Below, piece by piece: positions 10,426-20,312 of a stretch of DNA of 64,000 nucleotides (position 1 is the stretch's first letter; every line of letters starts with the position of its first letter). Position numbers and translations under genes: made by a program. The notes below the pieces were generated by a model that ran no database searches, had not been told where the DNA came from, and worked only from the letters and a program-made list of their open reading frames with translations. Origin of the DNA: a virus (lineage: Duplodnaviria; Caudoviricetes); IMG/VR virus record IMGVR_UViG_3300032305_002766, positions 1-64,000 of that record. One strand, given 5' to 3'.

Positions 10426-13400
10426 TTATATCAAATTAACTAATGTTTTAACTGTCCATCCTGAGGATGGTAAAGTACTTGATAAAACAACATTTGGTCC
10501 ACTTAAAGATGCTGTTAAAGCAACGGTGGTTGTGGTACCAATATCTGTTGTAGTAACATCAGTAAATCGGATTGAGGAACTATTCCATACAGTCATTACT
10601 TGACCTGATCTTGCATTCGATCCTGAGGATAAAACATAATTATAGAATGCTGAATTAAAGGATCCTGTAGAGTTTGTAGATATTGTTTGAGTTCCGGATG
10701 CTAAAGAAGCTGTATTTTGGTTAATAAATGCTGATTGAAGTAAACCAAAACTTCCTGATACATCTAAATTATATTGTGGGTTTGGTTGGTTAATACCTAT
10801 AAATCCATTTGTTGATCCTGAAAATACTGCTGATCCTGTATCTGAGAATGAACCAGATCCAAATATTAAACCACCAATGTTAATTCGGTTAGCTGATGAT
10901 TCGGCAACTCCAATATTAGTACCAATTACAATATTGTTTTGGGAACCAGAAATTGCACTATTTGAGTTAAAACCAAATGTAATATTATTGGTTCCAGTTG
11001 TATTATATCTTAATACATACCGACCTATTGCTATATTATTAGCCCCGGTTGTATTGCAACGTAAAGTACTTCTACCTATTGCTATATTGTAATTTGCGGT
11101 TGTATTACTAGCTAAGGCATATTTACCTATTGCTGTATTACCTGTACCATTGGTGTTGTTGCGTAAAGCATCATTTCCTATGGCTGTATTATCGGCTCCA
11201 ACGAAATTAGAACATAAAGCCCTTAGACCTATTGCTGTGTTATAACTTCCTACTAGGCTTGATAGCAATGCATTACATCCTATTGCAGTATTATGATTTC
11301 CGGATGTGTTAGTAAATAAAGTCTTATAACCTATTGCGGTATTGTTAGCTCCAAGTGTATTAGCACATAAAGCATCTCGACCTATTGCGGTATTATAACA
11401 CCCGGTTGTATTGGAATTTAAAGCTAATCGACCTATTGCAGTATTATAGTTTCCGGTTGTATTACAAAATAGAGCCTTATAACCTATTGCGGTGTTATTA
11501 GCTCCATTTGTATTAGCACATAAAGCATCTCGACCTATTGCGGTATTATAACACCCGGTTGTATTGGAATTTAAAGCTAATCGACCTATTGCTGTATTAT
11601 AGTTTCCGGTTGTGTTACCATACAAAGATTTAGCACCTATTGCTGTGTTATAACTTCCGGTTGTATTACAACGTAGAGCCTCATAACCTATTGCTGTATT
11701 ACTCTTACCGGATATGTTGTTTGATAAAGCAAGATAACCTATTGCTGTATTGTATTTTCCGATTGTATTATACTTCAAAGATTGGAAACCTATTGCTGCA
11801 TTGTATTTTCCGGTTGTATTACAATATAAGGATTGGAAACCTATTGCTGTGTTATTAGCTCCGGTTGTATTACAATATAAGGATTGGAAACCTATTGAGG
11901 TATTGTTAGTTCCGGTTGTATTAGAAAATAAAGAATTATAACCTATTGCTGTATTGTTATTTCCGGTTGTATTAAGATTTAAAGATTGAAAACCTATTGC
12001 TGTGTTGTAATTTCCGGTTGTATTAGTAAATAAAGCATTAGGACCAATTGCTGCATTAGTAAATCCTGTTGTATTATTATTTAAAGCAAATGAACCAATT
12101 GCTGTATTATTAAATGCTGTTGTATTAAAAGATAAAGCATTTAGACCTATTGCTGTATTGTATCTTCCGGTTGTATTACAACGTAAAGCGCAAGTACCTA
12201 GTGCTACGTTGTAGCTTCCAGTTGTATTAGAACATAATGAATATAATCCTATGGCAACATTGCGGCATCCGGTTGTATTTGTTTGTAGAGCGCGTGAACC
12301 TAATGCTACGTTGTGGCTTCCAGTAGTATTGCTAAATAAAGAACCAGATCCAATTGCTATATTAAAATTTCCGGTTGTATTATTACATAATGAATATAAT
12401 CCTATTGCAACATTGTGACATCCGGTTGAATTTGTTTTTAGAGCGCGTGTACCTAAAGCTATGTTATGGCAAGCTGTTGTATTAGAAGATAAAGCTGCAT
12501 AACCTATTGCTGTATTACATCGTCCTGTTGTGTTATTGGATAAAGCAGAACTACCTATTGCTATGTTTCGTTCACCGGTTGTATTGGAATATAAAGCAAC
12601 AAAACCTATTGCTGTGTTAAAATTACCTGTGGTGTTACATTTTAAAGCCTCTGAACCTAGTGCAATATTTGCAGCACCCCCTGAATTAACTAATAAAGGA
12701 CGAAAACCTATTGCTATATTAGAACCCCCAGTTTGATTACCAAATAAAGAATTATAACCAATTGCTACGTTTTGACATGCAATTGTATTACTATATAAAG
12801 CTCTTCTACCTATTGCTATATTATCATTTCCGGTTGTGTTGCATCGTAAAGCCTCACGGCCTATTGCTGTACTGTAACATCCAGTTGTATTTTGACGTAA
12901 AGCAAATAAACCAATTGCTATATGATAACAGCCTGATGTGTTAGCACATAATGCCTGGAGTCCAAGTGCTACATTATAACGACCTGAGGTATTAGCTCTG
13001 GAGGCGTTTTGTCCAAGGGCTATATTTTGTGTACCAGTTGTATTAGAACATAATGAACCTGATCCAATTGCTATGTTAGAAGTACCAGTAGTATTAGCTC
13101 GTAAAGCAAATGTACCAATTGCAGTGTTAGAGGTACCTGTTGTGTTGCTAAATAAAGAACCAGATCCAATTGATGTGTTATTAGCACCGGTTGTAAGTCT
13201 AGATAAAGAACCAGAACCAATTGCCACATTGTTAATACCAGTAGCAGAACTACTAAATGCAGTTGTAAGACCAATTGAAACGTTTGAAGAAATGTTTCCG
13301 TTTCCTGTACTAATAAATAAGTTATTAATAGAGCCAGTTACACCTAACGAACCTGTTATTCTATGAGTATCGGTTAAAGCATCGCCTATTGTAACTCCAG

Positions 13401-16400
13401 TTCCTGTTACTACTAATTCAGTTGAACTACCACTTACAACAGTAAATTGTGTTGGTGAAACGGAAGCAGTTACACTACCAGTTGCTATTTGAGATAAATT
13501 TAATCCAATAACTCCTGATGCTGGTACTGTTAATGCAAAAGATGCTGTTGTAGCAGTACTTGCATTTCCGGTAATGGATACATTCATCGAAGATGTATTT
13601 ACCCATTTTGTAATAGAAGCATCATATGCAAAACCTTGTCCTTGTGTTGGTCCTGTAATAGATACATCTGAAAGGCCTGCTAATGTGGTAGAAACTGCTC
13701 CTCCTCCACCAGAACCTCCAACGTTACGGAAAATTCCACCAGGTAAGATTATATAATCTGATGGGGTAGCAAATGTACCATTATATTTTATAACAATAAC
13801 ACCTAAATATATTGCATTTTGTTGTGTATTTGGTGTTTCTTGAAAATTTTCGTATTGTAAATTTGCTTCTGCTTCTGCTAAGGTAGAATATACTTCACTA
13901 CCATAATAAACAACTATACCTTTTGTTACACTATTTGGATAATAGAATACACGTTGATTTGACCAAGGTTTAGAAGATGTAATTGTTGTTAAAACACCAT
14001 TATCGTTATATTTTGAAGGATCAATTGTTGTATATCCTACTCCTCCGTTTGTATCTTGATTATATGTTGAACCCGAAACATAATATCTAAATATTTTAGA
14101 TACATTAGTTCCTGGGTCTGTAATATATGATGGGTTATTTGGATCTGTTTGGTAATTTCTACCATCAGCCCATGCCGTACCACTTCCAACTGTTAAGCCC
14201 ATTGAACTTGAAGTGAAAATTGTATAGCCTGATAATTTTAATGGGCCAAATGCTTTTATAAAGTCATATGATCTTTGTTTCCAACCATAAGCTACATTTG
14301 GGTATGAAATAGTACCATTAATTGAAGCTGTATTTTGGTGAAGTACGGTACCAATTGAAAAAGAGGTATTATATTGTCCTGAAGACCATGGATCTGTTTG
14401 TTGAATAACTGTACCCGCCGAACTTACACCAACAAATGTTTGGATTGATGAAGTTAAATAAGTTAGGGGTTGATTATTTAAATTTCCCCAATTTACATAT
14501 TGTGCCGCCGGGTATGGATCATCATTTAATGAGGCATTTAAATCTACTATAATACCACTACCTGAGCTAATATTAAATGTTGTAGAGGATGCTGTACTGA
14601 TTAATCCACCATGTAGTAATCCAGTATATAAATTACCTTCTAACCAACGTAAACGAGTTGTACTTGTATATCCGTCTCCATTTTGGCTAAAATATAAGTC
14701 ATTTGTAGAACCGGAAACATATATATAAGATGCTGATAATAATGGATCGACATTTGTTGTTACTGGGTCAAATCTATGATATCCTGCTTGTTTAATATCT
14801 CCAAAAATTTGAACAGATGCTGTTGGGGAACCAGGGGTTGAAGATCCTGAAATAATAATACTCCCTGATAGGAGTGTGTTTCCTAATAGAGTATTATTTC
14901 CTATTTGGGTTGTTGAACCCGATACATTAAATGAACCTGTTAATGTATTAGTACCTATTATACCTAATGAACCCGTAATACTAGCAGAACCAGTAATTGC
15001 ATGGGTATCGGTTATTGTATTACCTATTGTAACTCCAGTTCCTGTTACTACTAATTCAGTTGAACTTCCACTTATGACGGAAAATTGTGATAAAGATACA
15101 GAGGCAGTTACGCTACCTGTTGATATTTGAGATAAGTTTAATCCAATAACTCCGGATGCCGATACTGTTGAAGCAAAAGATGCTGTTAGAGCATAACTTG
15201 CTGATAAAGCCGGATTTGCACTGGTAAATATGGAGCCTGTTACATATGATGCCGTTTGAGCAATTTGAATAAAAGATGCTGTTGTAGCAAATGAAGCCGT
15301 ACCAAATAATGAGCCTGTTATATCTTGAGTTACAGTTAATGAGCCTGTTATTATAGTACTTCCGCTTATGTCTAACTTTGTATTAGGATTTGTTTTTCCA
15401 ATCCCAATATTACCTTTTAACGCTGTTGTAGTAATATTATCGTTACCTATTACAACTGTGTTTGAACCTAAACCTAAAGCTTCGTTACCAATTACAATTT
15501 GGTTAGTTTCTCCAATAGCGTTTGCTCTAGAATTAGCACCTATAAAAATTGAAGCACTTGCATTTGTTAAAGCTGAGGTTCCTGTACCAAAATATCTACC
15601 GGCATTTTTACCTAAAGCATTGTTTTCACTTCCTGATATATTACTAAATAAAGCAAAGGTACCCGCAGCAGTATTATCATTACCTACAGTAGTAGAAAGT
15701 AACGAAGAAACACCAAATCCACTGTTATTACTTCCTGAGGTTAGACTAAAAAGAGCACTACTACCAACTGCAGTATTGGTCGAGCCTGAAATATTATTAA
15801 AGAGTGTATTTGTACCTACTCCAGTATTAAAACTTCCTCGGCTAGCACTAATTTGTGAAAAACTACCTATTGCTGTATTATTAGCACCTATAGTATTAAA
15901 CGATAATGTATTATGACCTACTGAAGTATTATTACTTACAGAACTAGAGAATTGGGAATTATTACCTATAGCAATGTTTTGAAAACCAGATATATTATTA
16001 GATAAAGATGCAGATCCAATAGCAATATTACTATTTGAAGTACCATCATCTAATTTACCGGCATCAACTCCAATAAAAATACTATTCACACCATCAGCAA
16101 GTGATAATTTACCTACAACACTAAGTTTTGAGAGAGGTGTAGTAGTTCCAATCCCTACATTTCCAGAACTGGAAATGGACATAAATGTACTTGAGCCTGA
16201 GGTTATAATAAATGATCCTGTACCAAGAGATACAGAAGCAGATATACTACCTGTAGAAATTTGAGATAAATTTAAACCTACAATACTAGATGCGGATACA
16301 TTAGTTAAACCTGAACCATCTCCTTGAAATGACCCACTAAATGAGCCTGAAAATCCATCTGTTCCATTTACGGAGCCACTAAATATAGCAGGCCCAATAT

Positions 16401-16755
16401 TTGTAAATGCTGATGAGCCCGAAACTGTAAGGGAACCAGTTATGATTACATTTTGGTTGAGTGGGTTTACATAAGATGCGGTTGATGAAAATGATGCACT
16501 AGTTGCAAATGAAGCCGTACCTGTTAAATTCCCTATAAATGATCCGGAAAATGAACCTGTGAATGAACCACTTGTAGGACCTATAGGTCCTTGAGGTCCA
16601 GGAGTTGCTACCGAAATTATATTGGTAACAGGTTGTGTTACGTTAATTTCTGTATTAGAGATATTATTAATGATATTTAATTGATTATCATTAGTTTGGA
16701 TCTCAACGTTATTAACAGTAGAGTCTATTACTATTTGATTAGGTACTCCAGCCAT
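10426..16755 (-). CDS. Long fibre/adhesin, 2109 aa, with an uninterrupted run of ~44 17-aa repeats
   Basis: Short collagen-like GPQGPIGP near the N-terminus, ~8-unit proximal repeat block, non-repetitive central domain, ~44-unit distal block, C-terminal S/T-rich domain. Confidence 0.75.
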   Translation of the reverse strand: MAGVPNQIVIDSTVNNVEIQTNDNQLNIINNISNTEINVTQPVTNIISVATPGPQGPIGPTSGSFTGSFSGSFIGNLTGTASFATSASFSSTASYVNPLNQNVIITGSLTVSGSSAFTNIGPAIFSGSVNGTDGFSGSFSGSFQGDGSGLTNVSASSIVGLNLSQISTGSISASVSLGTGSFIITSGSSTFMSISSSGNVGIGTTTPLSKLSVVGKLSLADGVNSIFIGVDAGKLDDGTSNSNIAIGSASLSNNISGFQNIAIGNNSQFSSSVSNNTSVGHNTLSFNTIGANNTAIGSFSQISASRGSFNTGVGTNTLFNNISGSTNTAVGSSALFSLTSGSNNSGFGVSSLLSTTVGNDNTAAGTFALFSNISGSENNALGKNAGRYFGTGTSALTNASASIFIGANSRANAIGETNQIVIGNEALGLGSNTVVIGNDNITTTALKGNIGIGKTNPNTKLDISGSTIITGSLTVTQDITGSLFGTASFATTASFIQIAQTASYVTGSIFTSANPALSASYALTASFASTVSASGVIGLNLSQISTGSVTASVSLSQFSVISGSSTELVVTGTGVTIGNTITDTHAITGSASITGSLGIIGTNTLTGSFNVSGSTTQIGNNTLLGNTLLSGSIIISGSSTPGSPTASVQIFGDIKQAGYHRFDPVTTNVDPLLSASYIYVSGSTNDLYFSQNGDGYTSTTRLRWLEGNLYTGLLHGGLISTASSTTFNISSGSGIIVDLNASLNDDPYPAAQYVNWGNLNNQPLTYLTSSIQTFVGVSSAGTVIQQTDPWSSGQYNTSFSIGTVLHQNTASINGTISYPNVAYGWKQRSYDFIKAFGPLKLSGYTIFTSSSMGLTVGSGTAWADGRNYQTDPNNPSYITDPGTNVSKIFRYYVSGSTYNQDTNGGVGYTTIDPSKYNDNGVLTTITSSKPWSNQRVFYYPNSVTKGIVVYYGSEVYSTLAEAEANLQYENFQETPNTQQNAIYLGVIVIKYNGTFATPSDYIILPGGIFRNVGGSGGGGAVSTTLAGLSDVSITGPTQGQGFAYDASITKWVNTSSMNVSITGNASTATTASFALTVPASGVIGLNLSQIATGSVTASVSPTQFTVVSGSSTELVVTGTGVTIGDALTDTHRITGSLGVTGSINNLFISTGNGNISSNVSIGLTTAFSSSATGINNVAIGSGSLSRLTTGANNTSIGSGSLFSNTTGTSNTAIGTFALRANTTGTSNIAIGSGSLCSNTTGTQNIALGQNASRANTSGRYNVALGLQALCANTSGCYHIAIGLFALRQNTTGCYSTAIGREALRCNTTGNDNIAIGRRALYSNTIACQNVAIGYNSLFGNQTGGSNIAIGFRPLLVNSGGAANIALGSEALKCNTTGNFNTAIGFVALYSNTTGERNIAIGSSALSNNTTGRCNTAIGYAALSSNTTACHNIALGTRALKTNSTGCHNVAIGLYSLCNNTTGNFNIAIGSGSLFSNTTGSHNVALGSRALQTNTTGCRNVAIGLYSLCSNTTGSYNVALGTCALRCNTTGRYNTAIGLNALSFNTTAFNNTAIGSFALNNNTTGFTNAAIGPNALFTNTTGNYNTAIGFQSLNLNTTGNNNTAIGYNSLFSNTTGTNNTSIGFQSLYCNTTGANNTAIGFQSLYCNTTGKYNAAIGFQSLKYNTIGKYNTAIGYLALSNNISGKSNTAIGYEALRCNTTGSYNTAIGAKSLYGNTTGNYNTAIGRLALNSNTTGCYNTAIGRDALCANTNGANNTAIGYKALFCNTTGNYNTAIGRLALNSNTTGCYNTAIGRDALCANTLGANNTAIGYKTLFTNTSGNHNTAIGCNALLSSLVGSYNTAIGLRALCSNFVGADNTAIGNDALRNNTNGTGNTAIGKYALASNTTANYNIAIGRSTLRCNTTGANNIAIGRYVLRYNTTGTNNITFGFNSNSAISGSQNNIVIGTNIGVAESSANRINIGGLIFGSGSFSDTGSAVFSGSTNGFIGINQPNPQYNLDVSGSFGLLQSAFINQNTASLASGTQTISTNSTGSFNSAFYNYVLSSGSNARSGQVMTVWNSSSIRFTDVTTTDIGTTTTVALTASLSGPNVVLSSTLPSSGWTVKTLVNLI
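11356..11613. repeat. Near-exact 153-nt-period internal duplication in the fibre gene
   Basis: 11356-11439 is identical to 11509-11592 (84 nt); after one mismatch 11441-11460 equals 11594-11613. Confidence 0.95.
13385..15066. repeat. Exact 44-nt dispersed repeat (13385-13428 and 15023-15066)
   Basis: cctattgtaactccagttcctgttactactaattcagttgaact at both positions, encoding part of STELVVTGTGVTIG. Confidence 0.95.
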
Positions 16756-16758
16756 CTA

Positions 16759-17178
16759 TTATTGTAGTGTTACTTGAGGATCAAGATTAACTTGACCTTC
16801 TAATATTCTTGTTTTTATACTTCCTGTTGTAATTTCTAAATCATATACAGCTGAATCTGTAAATGTTAAACCTTGGGTTGCTAACCAACCAGCATATATT
16901 CCTATACTTCCTGATGTGGGAGGGGTGGATAGATTACTTCCCGACATACTTAAAAATGAACTTCCTGAGGGGAACCCATTACTATATTGAGAACCTGACA
17001 AGGAGGGAAATGATAAATATGTAACAGAACAGTTACTTCCACTATATCCTGAGCGGATTTGCATGAATGCAGAGTATCCTGTTAAATCTATAGGATTTCC
17101 AACTGCATCTTTATACTGTATTTCAAAGTTTAAGGTAGACCCTTGTTCAATAGTAAAAGAATATTTTCCAGCAGACAT
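16759..17178 (-). CDS. Small virion protein, BppU-like fibre adaptor
   Basis: YSFTIEQGST...IDLTGYSAFMQIR...AVYDLEI...RILEG pattern; directly upstream of the fibre gene. Confidence 0.55.
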   Translation of the reverse strand: MSAGKYSFTIEQGSTLNFEIQYKDAVGNPIDLTGYSAFMQIRSGYSGSNCSVTYLSFPSLSGSQYSNGFPSGSSFLSMSGSNLSTPPTSGSIGIYAGWLATQGLTFTDSAVYDLEITTGSIKTRILEGQVNLDPQVTLQ

Positions 17179-17211
17179 ATTTTTTAGTTATAAATATTGG
17201 AAAAGACCAAA

Positions 17212-17952
17212 TTATTTATTACCTTTTAAACTTCCGCTGTTTCCTGTGGTTCCTAAAATAACTCCATTTTCGGCTGCATCTTCATAATATGCTACTAAAT
17301 CATCTACAATAGAATCTCTATGGTTTTGTTTCAATTTAATAGCAGACATGTTTTTAATTTTACGAGCCGCTATATATAAAAATCTAAATCCTGATTCGCG
17401 TTTTTGTTTTAAATCCACCTGAGCATCATCACCACATATGATCATTTTGGAATGTAATCCTATACGGGTTACAATCATTTCCATTTGTTCATGGGTAACG
17501 TTTTGGGCTTCATCTACAATAATACAAGAATCTAAAAATGTTCTTCCTCGCATAAATGATAAAGGTACAATTTCTATTTTACCATCTTCTATAAGCTTTT
17601 CTACTTTTTCTTTATCATATAAAGCATACATGTTTTGGTAAATTGGCTGTACCCATGGGTCCATTTTTTCGCGTAAATCACCAGGTAAAAAACCTATATC
17701 TTCTTTAGAAACGGTTGGCCGCGTAATGATTATCTTCTCAAAGTGGCGTCGTAATAAACCGTCTAAAGCCACTTGACACGCTAATAATGTTTTACCTGAT
17801 CCTGCGGATCCGGCTAACATTGTTAATGTGTTGTTTAATATTTCATCTTTTGCTAATTTTTGTTCTTCGTTTAAAGGTATTTTGAATTTAATAGGATTTT
17901 TCACTATTCTTTTTTCTCTAAATACCTCATCGGTATGATGGTTTGATGCCAT
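17212..17952 (-). CDS. phoH: PhoH family ATPase
   Basis: GSAGSGKT, IIITRP, GFLPGDL, FMRGRTF, DEAQN, GDDAQVD. Confidence 0.95.
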   Translation of the reverse strand: MASNHHTDEVFREKRIVKNPIKFKIPLNEEQKLAKDEILNNTLTMLAGSAGSGKTLLACQVALDGLLRRHFEKIIITRPTVSKEDIGFLPGDLREKMDPWVQPIYQNMYALYDKEKVEKLIEDGKIEIVPLSFMRGRTFLDSCIIVDEAQNVTHEQMEMIVTRIGLHSKMIICGDDAQVDLKQKRESGFRFLYIAARKIKNMSAIKLKQNHRDSIVDDLVAYYEDAAENGVILGTTGNSGSLKGNK

Positions 17953-18673
17953 GATTTTTAAAATTGATTTTTACTAATTTATCTATTCCTGCATTAACAT
18001 GCATTGCATCGTCTAAGATTAGGTTAAAATCATATCTATCATCCAACGGGAGTACTAGATCGACTTGTGACCCCCATCTAATTAACGAAAATCGTTCATT
18101 TTGAGCAAATGTATCATATTGTTGATTTGTAAACGGAGCAATAACGTTTACATCTTCATCAGCAATTTGTATTAAATAATAAGTATAATCTAAAATAGGA
18201 GAATAAATTCTATTCCACATACGTTCATTATACTTCAAATATTCCATATTGGCTGGGTTGATTTTCTTATTAAGAATATCTTTTTCAACTGCTAACATTG
18301 GTTTGTTAGTTGATTGAATTGCCTCTAATGGTTTGTAAGTTAAAACACCCCCATAAGGTATACGATTAATATGTACATCATAAAATGACATAAAAATTCC
18401 TATAACTAAAGAAGGTTTATTGTAATCTTTATCCCCTACTACATCTTGTAATGTATAATTTAACCCTTTGATTTCAACAATGGGTTCAGTAGGATCTTTA
18501 ATGAATTTTTGATATAAAATAGTACCATCAGCAGGTGAATAAAAATGCTCATGATCTATAAAATTTGGGCGAATTGGATCTCTAAAAAAGAAAGTATTAC
18601 TTAAATCACCTACTGGAAGTTTTTGTAATTGTTTAACTTCACCGTTTAACCATTCTTCTAATGTTTGAGCCAT
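17927..18673 (-). CDS. psd: Phosphatidylserine-decarboxylase-family pyruvoyl proenzyme without a membrane anchor
   Basis: FFRDPIR, SPADG, IFMSFYDVHINRIP and self-cleavage motif RWGS-QVDL; substrate unproven. Confidence 0.8.
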   Translation of the reverse strand: MAQTLEEWLNGEVKQLQKLPVGDLSNTFFFRDPIRPNFIDHEHFYSPADGTILYQKFIKDPTEPIVEIKGLNYTLQDVVGDKDYNKPSLVIGIFMSFYDVHINRIPYGGVLTYKPLEAIQSTNKPMLAVEKDILNKKINPANMEYLKYNERMWNRIYSPILDYTYYLIQIADEDVNVIAPFTNQQYDTFAQNERFSLIRWGSQVDLVLPLDDRYDFNLILDDAMHVNAGIDKLVKINFKNHGIKPSYR

Positions 18674-19587
18674 TATAACAAAATTTTATTGTGATCAACT
18701 CTATTCAAATGCATTATCATACAGCTCAACATAGCTCCTGATTTCATGTATTCTGATAGATTAAATATAACTGGTTCCATACCTGCATTACTGCATATTT
18801 TTTCTAGGGTTTCAAGTTTATGTTTTTCTCCCTCATAATATTCATCTGTTTTTTTCATTTCAGAAATATTTGAAGCACATAAAATCATATTACCTAAACG
18901 TACTGAATTTGTAAGACCACCTAAAGCATCTTCAACATCGATATTAATAATTTCAGTATGTTTTTCTATTTGTTTGATTTCTGACTCATCATATAATTCA
19001 GTACAAATTAATGTTTGTTCAGGATTTAAAGCAAAAATAGAACAATCTAAATGATATAGATATTCATCAACCATAGCTACTTTAATGATATCCATTCCAT
19101 AATTTTCTTCCATCCACTCATATGTTTTTATATTGGAACGGATTCCGTATCCACCTATATAAACATTGTCATATAAATACTTTATATCAGCTTCTCCCTC
19201 CCATTTGTACGGAGATATGGCTGTTTTATAGCCCATTTGTTTAAAAAACGTTTCCCCAACTAATTCTTCACCTACTCGTGGGTGGGAAGTAAAATTAGAT
19301 AATAAAATATGGTTTTCGTCTTTAATGTGGGGTAAATAAAGACCTAAATTAGCTACATAAACTTGATCTTGAAAATTACCTTCTGAAGGTAGAAGATGAA
19401 CTAAAGATCCGCCTGCTATAAAATTATACAGGTCCATAAATTGTTTGTAAGCTTTGGGTCTATTAATTTGGAGTTCTTCATCATTTAATTCCTGCATCCA
19501 AATATTATTGGGGTCTGCTGTAGATAAAGAAAAGGGAAAATTCATTACGTAACTTTGTAATGGTAACTGACTTGGTGTTTCTTTCAT
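18673..19587 (-). CDS. Amidinotransferase / guanidino-modifying (pentein) superfamily enzyme
   Basis: DQVYVAN, EGEAD, YHLDC and C-terminal SGAMLSCM catalytic Cys motif. Confidence 0.8.
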   Translation of the reverse strand: MKETPSQLPLQSYVMNFPFSLSTADPNNIWMQELNDEELQINRPKAYKQFMDLYNFIAGGSLVHLLPSEGNFQDQVYVANLGLYLPHIKDENHILLSNFTSHPRVGEELVGETFFKQMGYKTAISPYKWEGEADIKYLYDNVYIGGYGIRSNIKTYEWMEENYGMDIIKVAMVDEYLYHLDCSIFALNPEQTLICTELYDESEIKQIEKHTEIINIDVEDALGGLTNSVRLGNMILCASNISEMKKTDEYYEGEKHKLETLEKICSNAGMEPVIFNLSEYMKSGAMLSCMIMHLNRVDHNKILL

Positions 19588-19642
19588 GGTAACTACTTTA
19601 TTGTATTTTCCTATACATATTAGGTAGGTCTATACTAGTACA

Positions 19643-20224
19643 CTAAATTTTATCACTTTTTTCTCTATTTTGAGTTTTTTCTAGGGGTTGTGTATTAAGA
19701 TAATGAAAACAAATGTATAAATTTTCTTCAATATTTAAATCAAAAGAAGCTATAGGCTTTATATGATCTATTTCCCAATATTCTCCATAATTATCCCAAT
19801 TAATTTTTGGTGTAAACTGGGATTCAAGGTATTGAGTATATTCTTCCATATTACACCCCAAATATTCTATAGTGCGATCTTTTTTAAGTGTATTGTATAA
19901 TTTTAAAGCTTCTGATATTCTAGCTGCTGTTACGTGTTTGATTCTAAATCCAATATCTGTGTGATACTTGTTTTTATTCCATTCTCTATAAAGTTCCTTT
20001 TTAGTATGATAATGGTTTGTACAATATTGATTAAAATATTTTTTATTTTCTTTTCGGTATTCTTTATAGTAATCTGTTCTAGATTCTTTACTAGTTTTAT
20101 ACCATATATCACTTAGAGGTTTTAAACAAGATCTACAATATATATGTTTACCATCTTTACTATCTTTTTTATTATAAAACTCCGTAATAGGTTGTTCTAT
20201 ATTACATTTTTTACATTTTTTCAT
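19643..20224 (-). CDS. Free-standing HNH / endonuclease VII-like nuclease
   Basis: CxxC...CxxC N-terminus, WEIDHIKP...CFHYLNTQPL...N; track start 20272 lies inside a terminator, so Met at 20224 is preferred. Confidence 0.75.
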   Translation of the reverse strand: MKKCKKCNIEQPITEFYNKKDSKDGKHIYCRSCLKPLSDIWYKTSKESRTDYYKEYRKENKKYFNQYCTNHYHTKKELYREWNKNKYHTDIGFRIKHVTAARISEALKLYNTLKKDRTIEYLGCNMEEYTQYLESQFTPKINWDNYGEYWEIDHIKPIASFDLNIEENLYICFHYLNTQPLEKTQNREKSDKI

Positions 20225-20258
20225 ATTGTCCCGAATATTCGTGTCCATTATACATATG

Positions 20259-20285
20259 AAAAAGAGCCGCATTTTTGCGGCTCTT
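20259..20285 (-). terminator. Intrinsic terminator after the major capsid gene
   Basis: aagagccgca-tttt-tgcggctctt 10-bp inverted repeat with U-tract on the minus strand. Confidence 0.9.
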
Positions 20286-20312
20286 AATCTTTTATTCTAT
20301 TAAATTTTTATA

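Noticed and set aside
11356-11900. CRISPR-like periodic repeats
   Set aside because: 51-nt periodicity is in-frame coding repeat; no constant repeat/unique spacer structure and no cas genes.
6701-15916. Many plus-strand ORFs (PIAVL-type repeats) opposite the fibre genes
   Set aside because: Antisense shadows of the NTAIG repeat codons; no independent starts, promoters or coherent domains.
5736-16755. Diversity-generating retroelement acting on the variable dipeptides
   Set aside because: Residues such as N/Y/C/S/H/R are compatible, but no reverse transcriptase or template/variable repeat pair differing only at adenines is visible in the window.
16753-16761. Readthrough fusing the adaptor to fibre 1 (TAA TAG ATG in frame)
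   Set aside because: Two consecutive stops make readthrough unlikely.
20225-20272. Track start of the HNH gene at 20272
   Set aside because: It lies within the terminator stem and upstream of the promoter motif.
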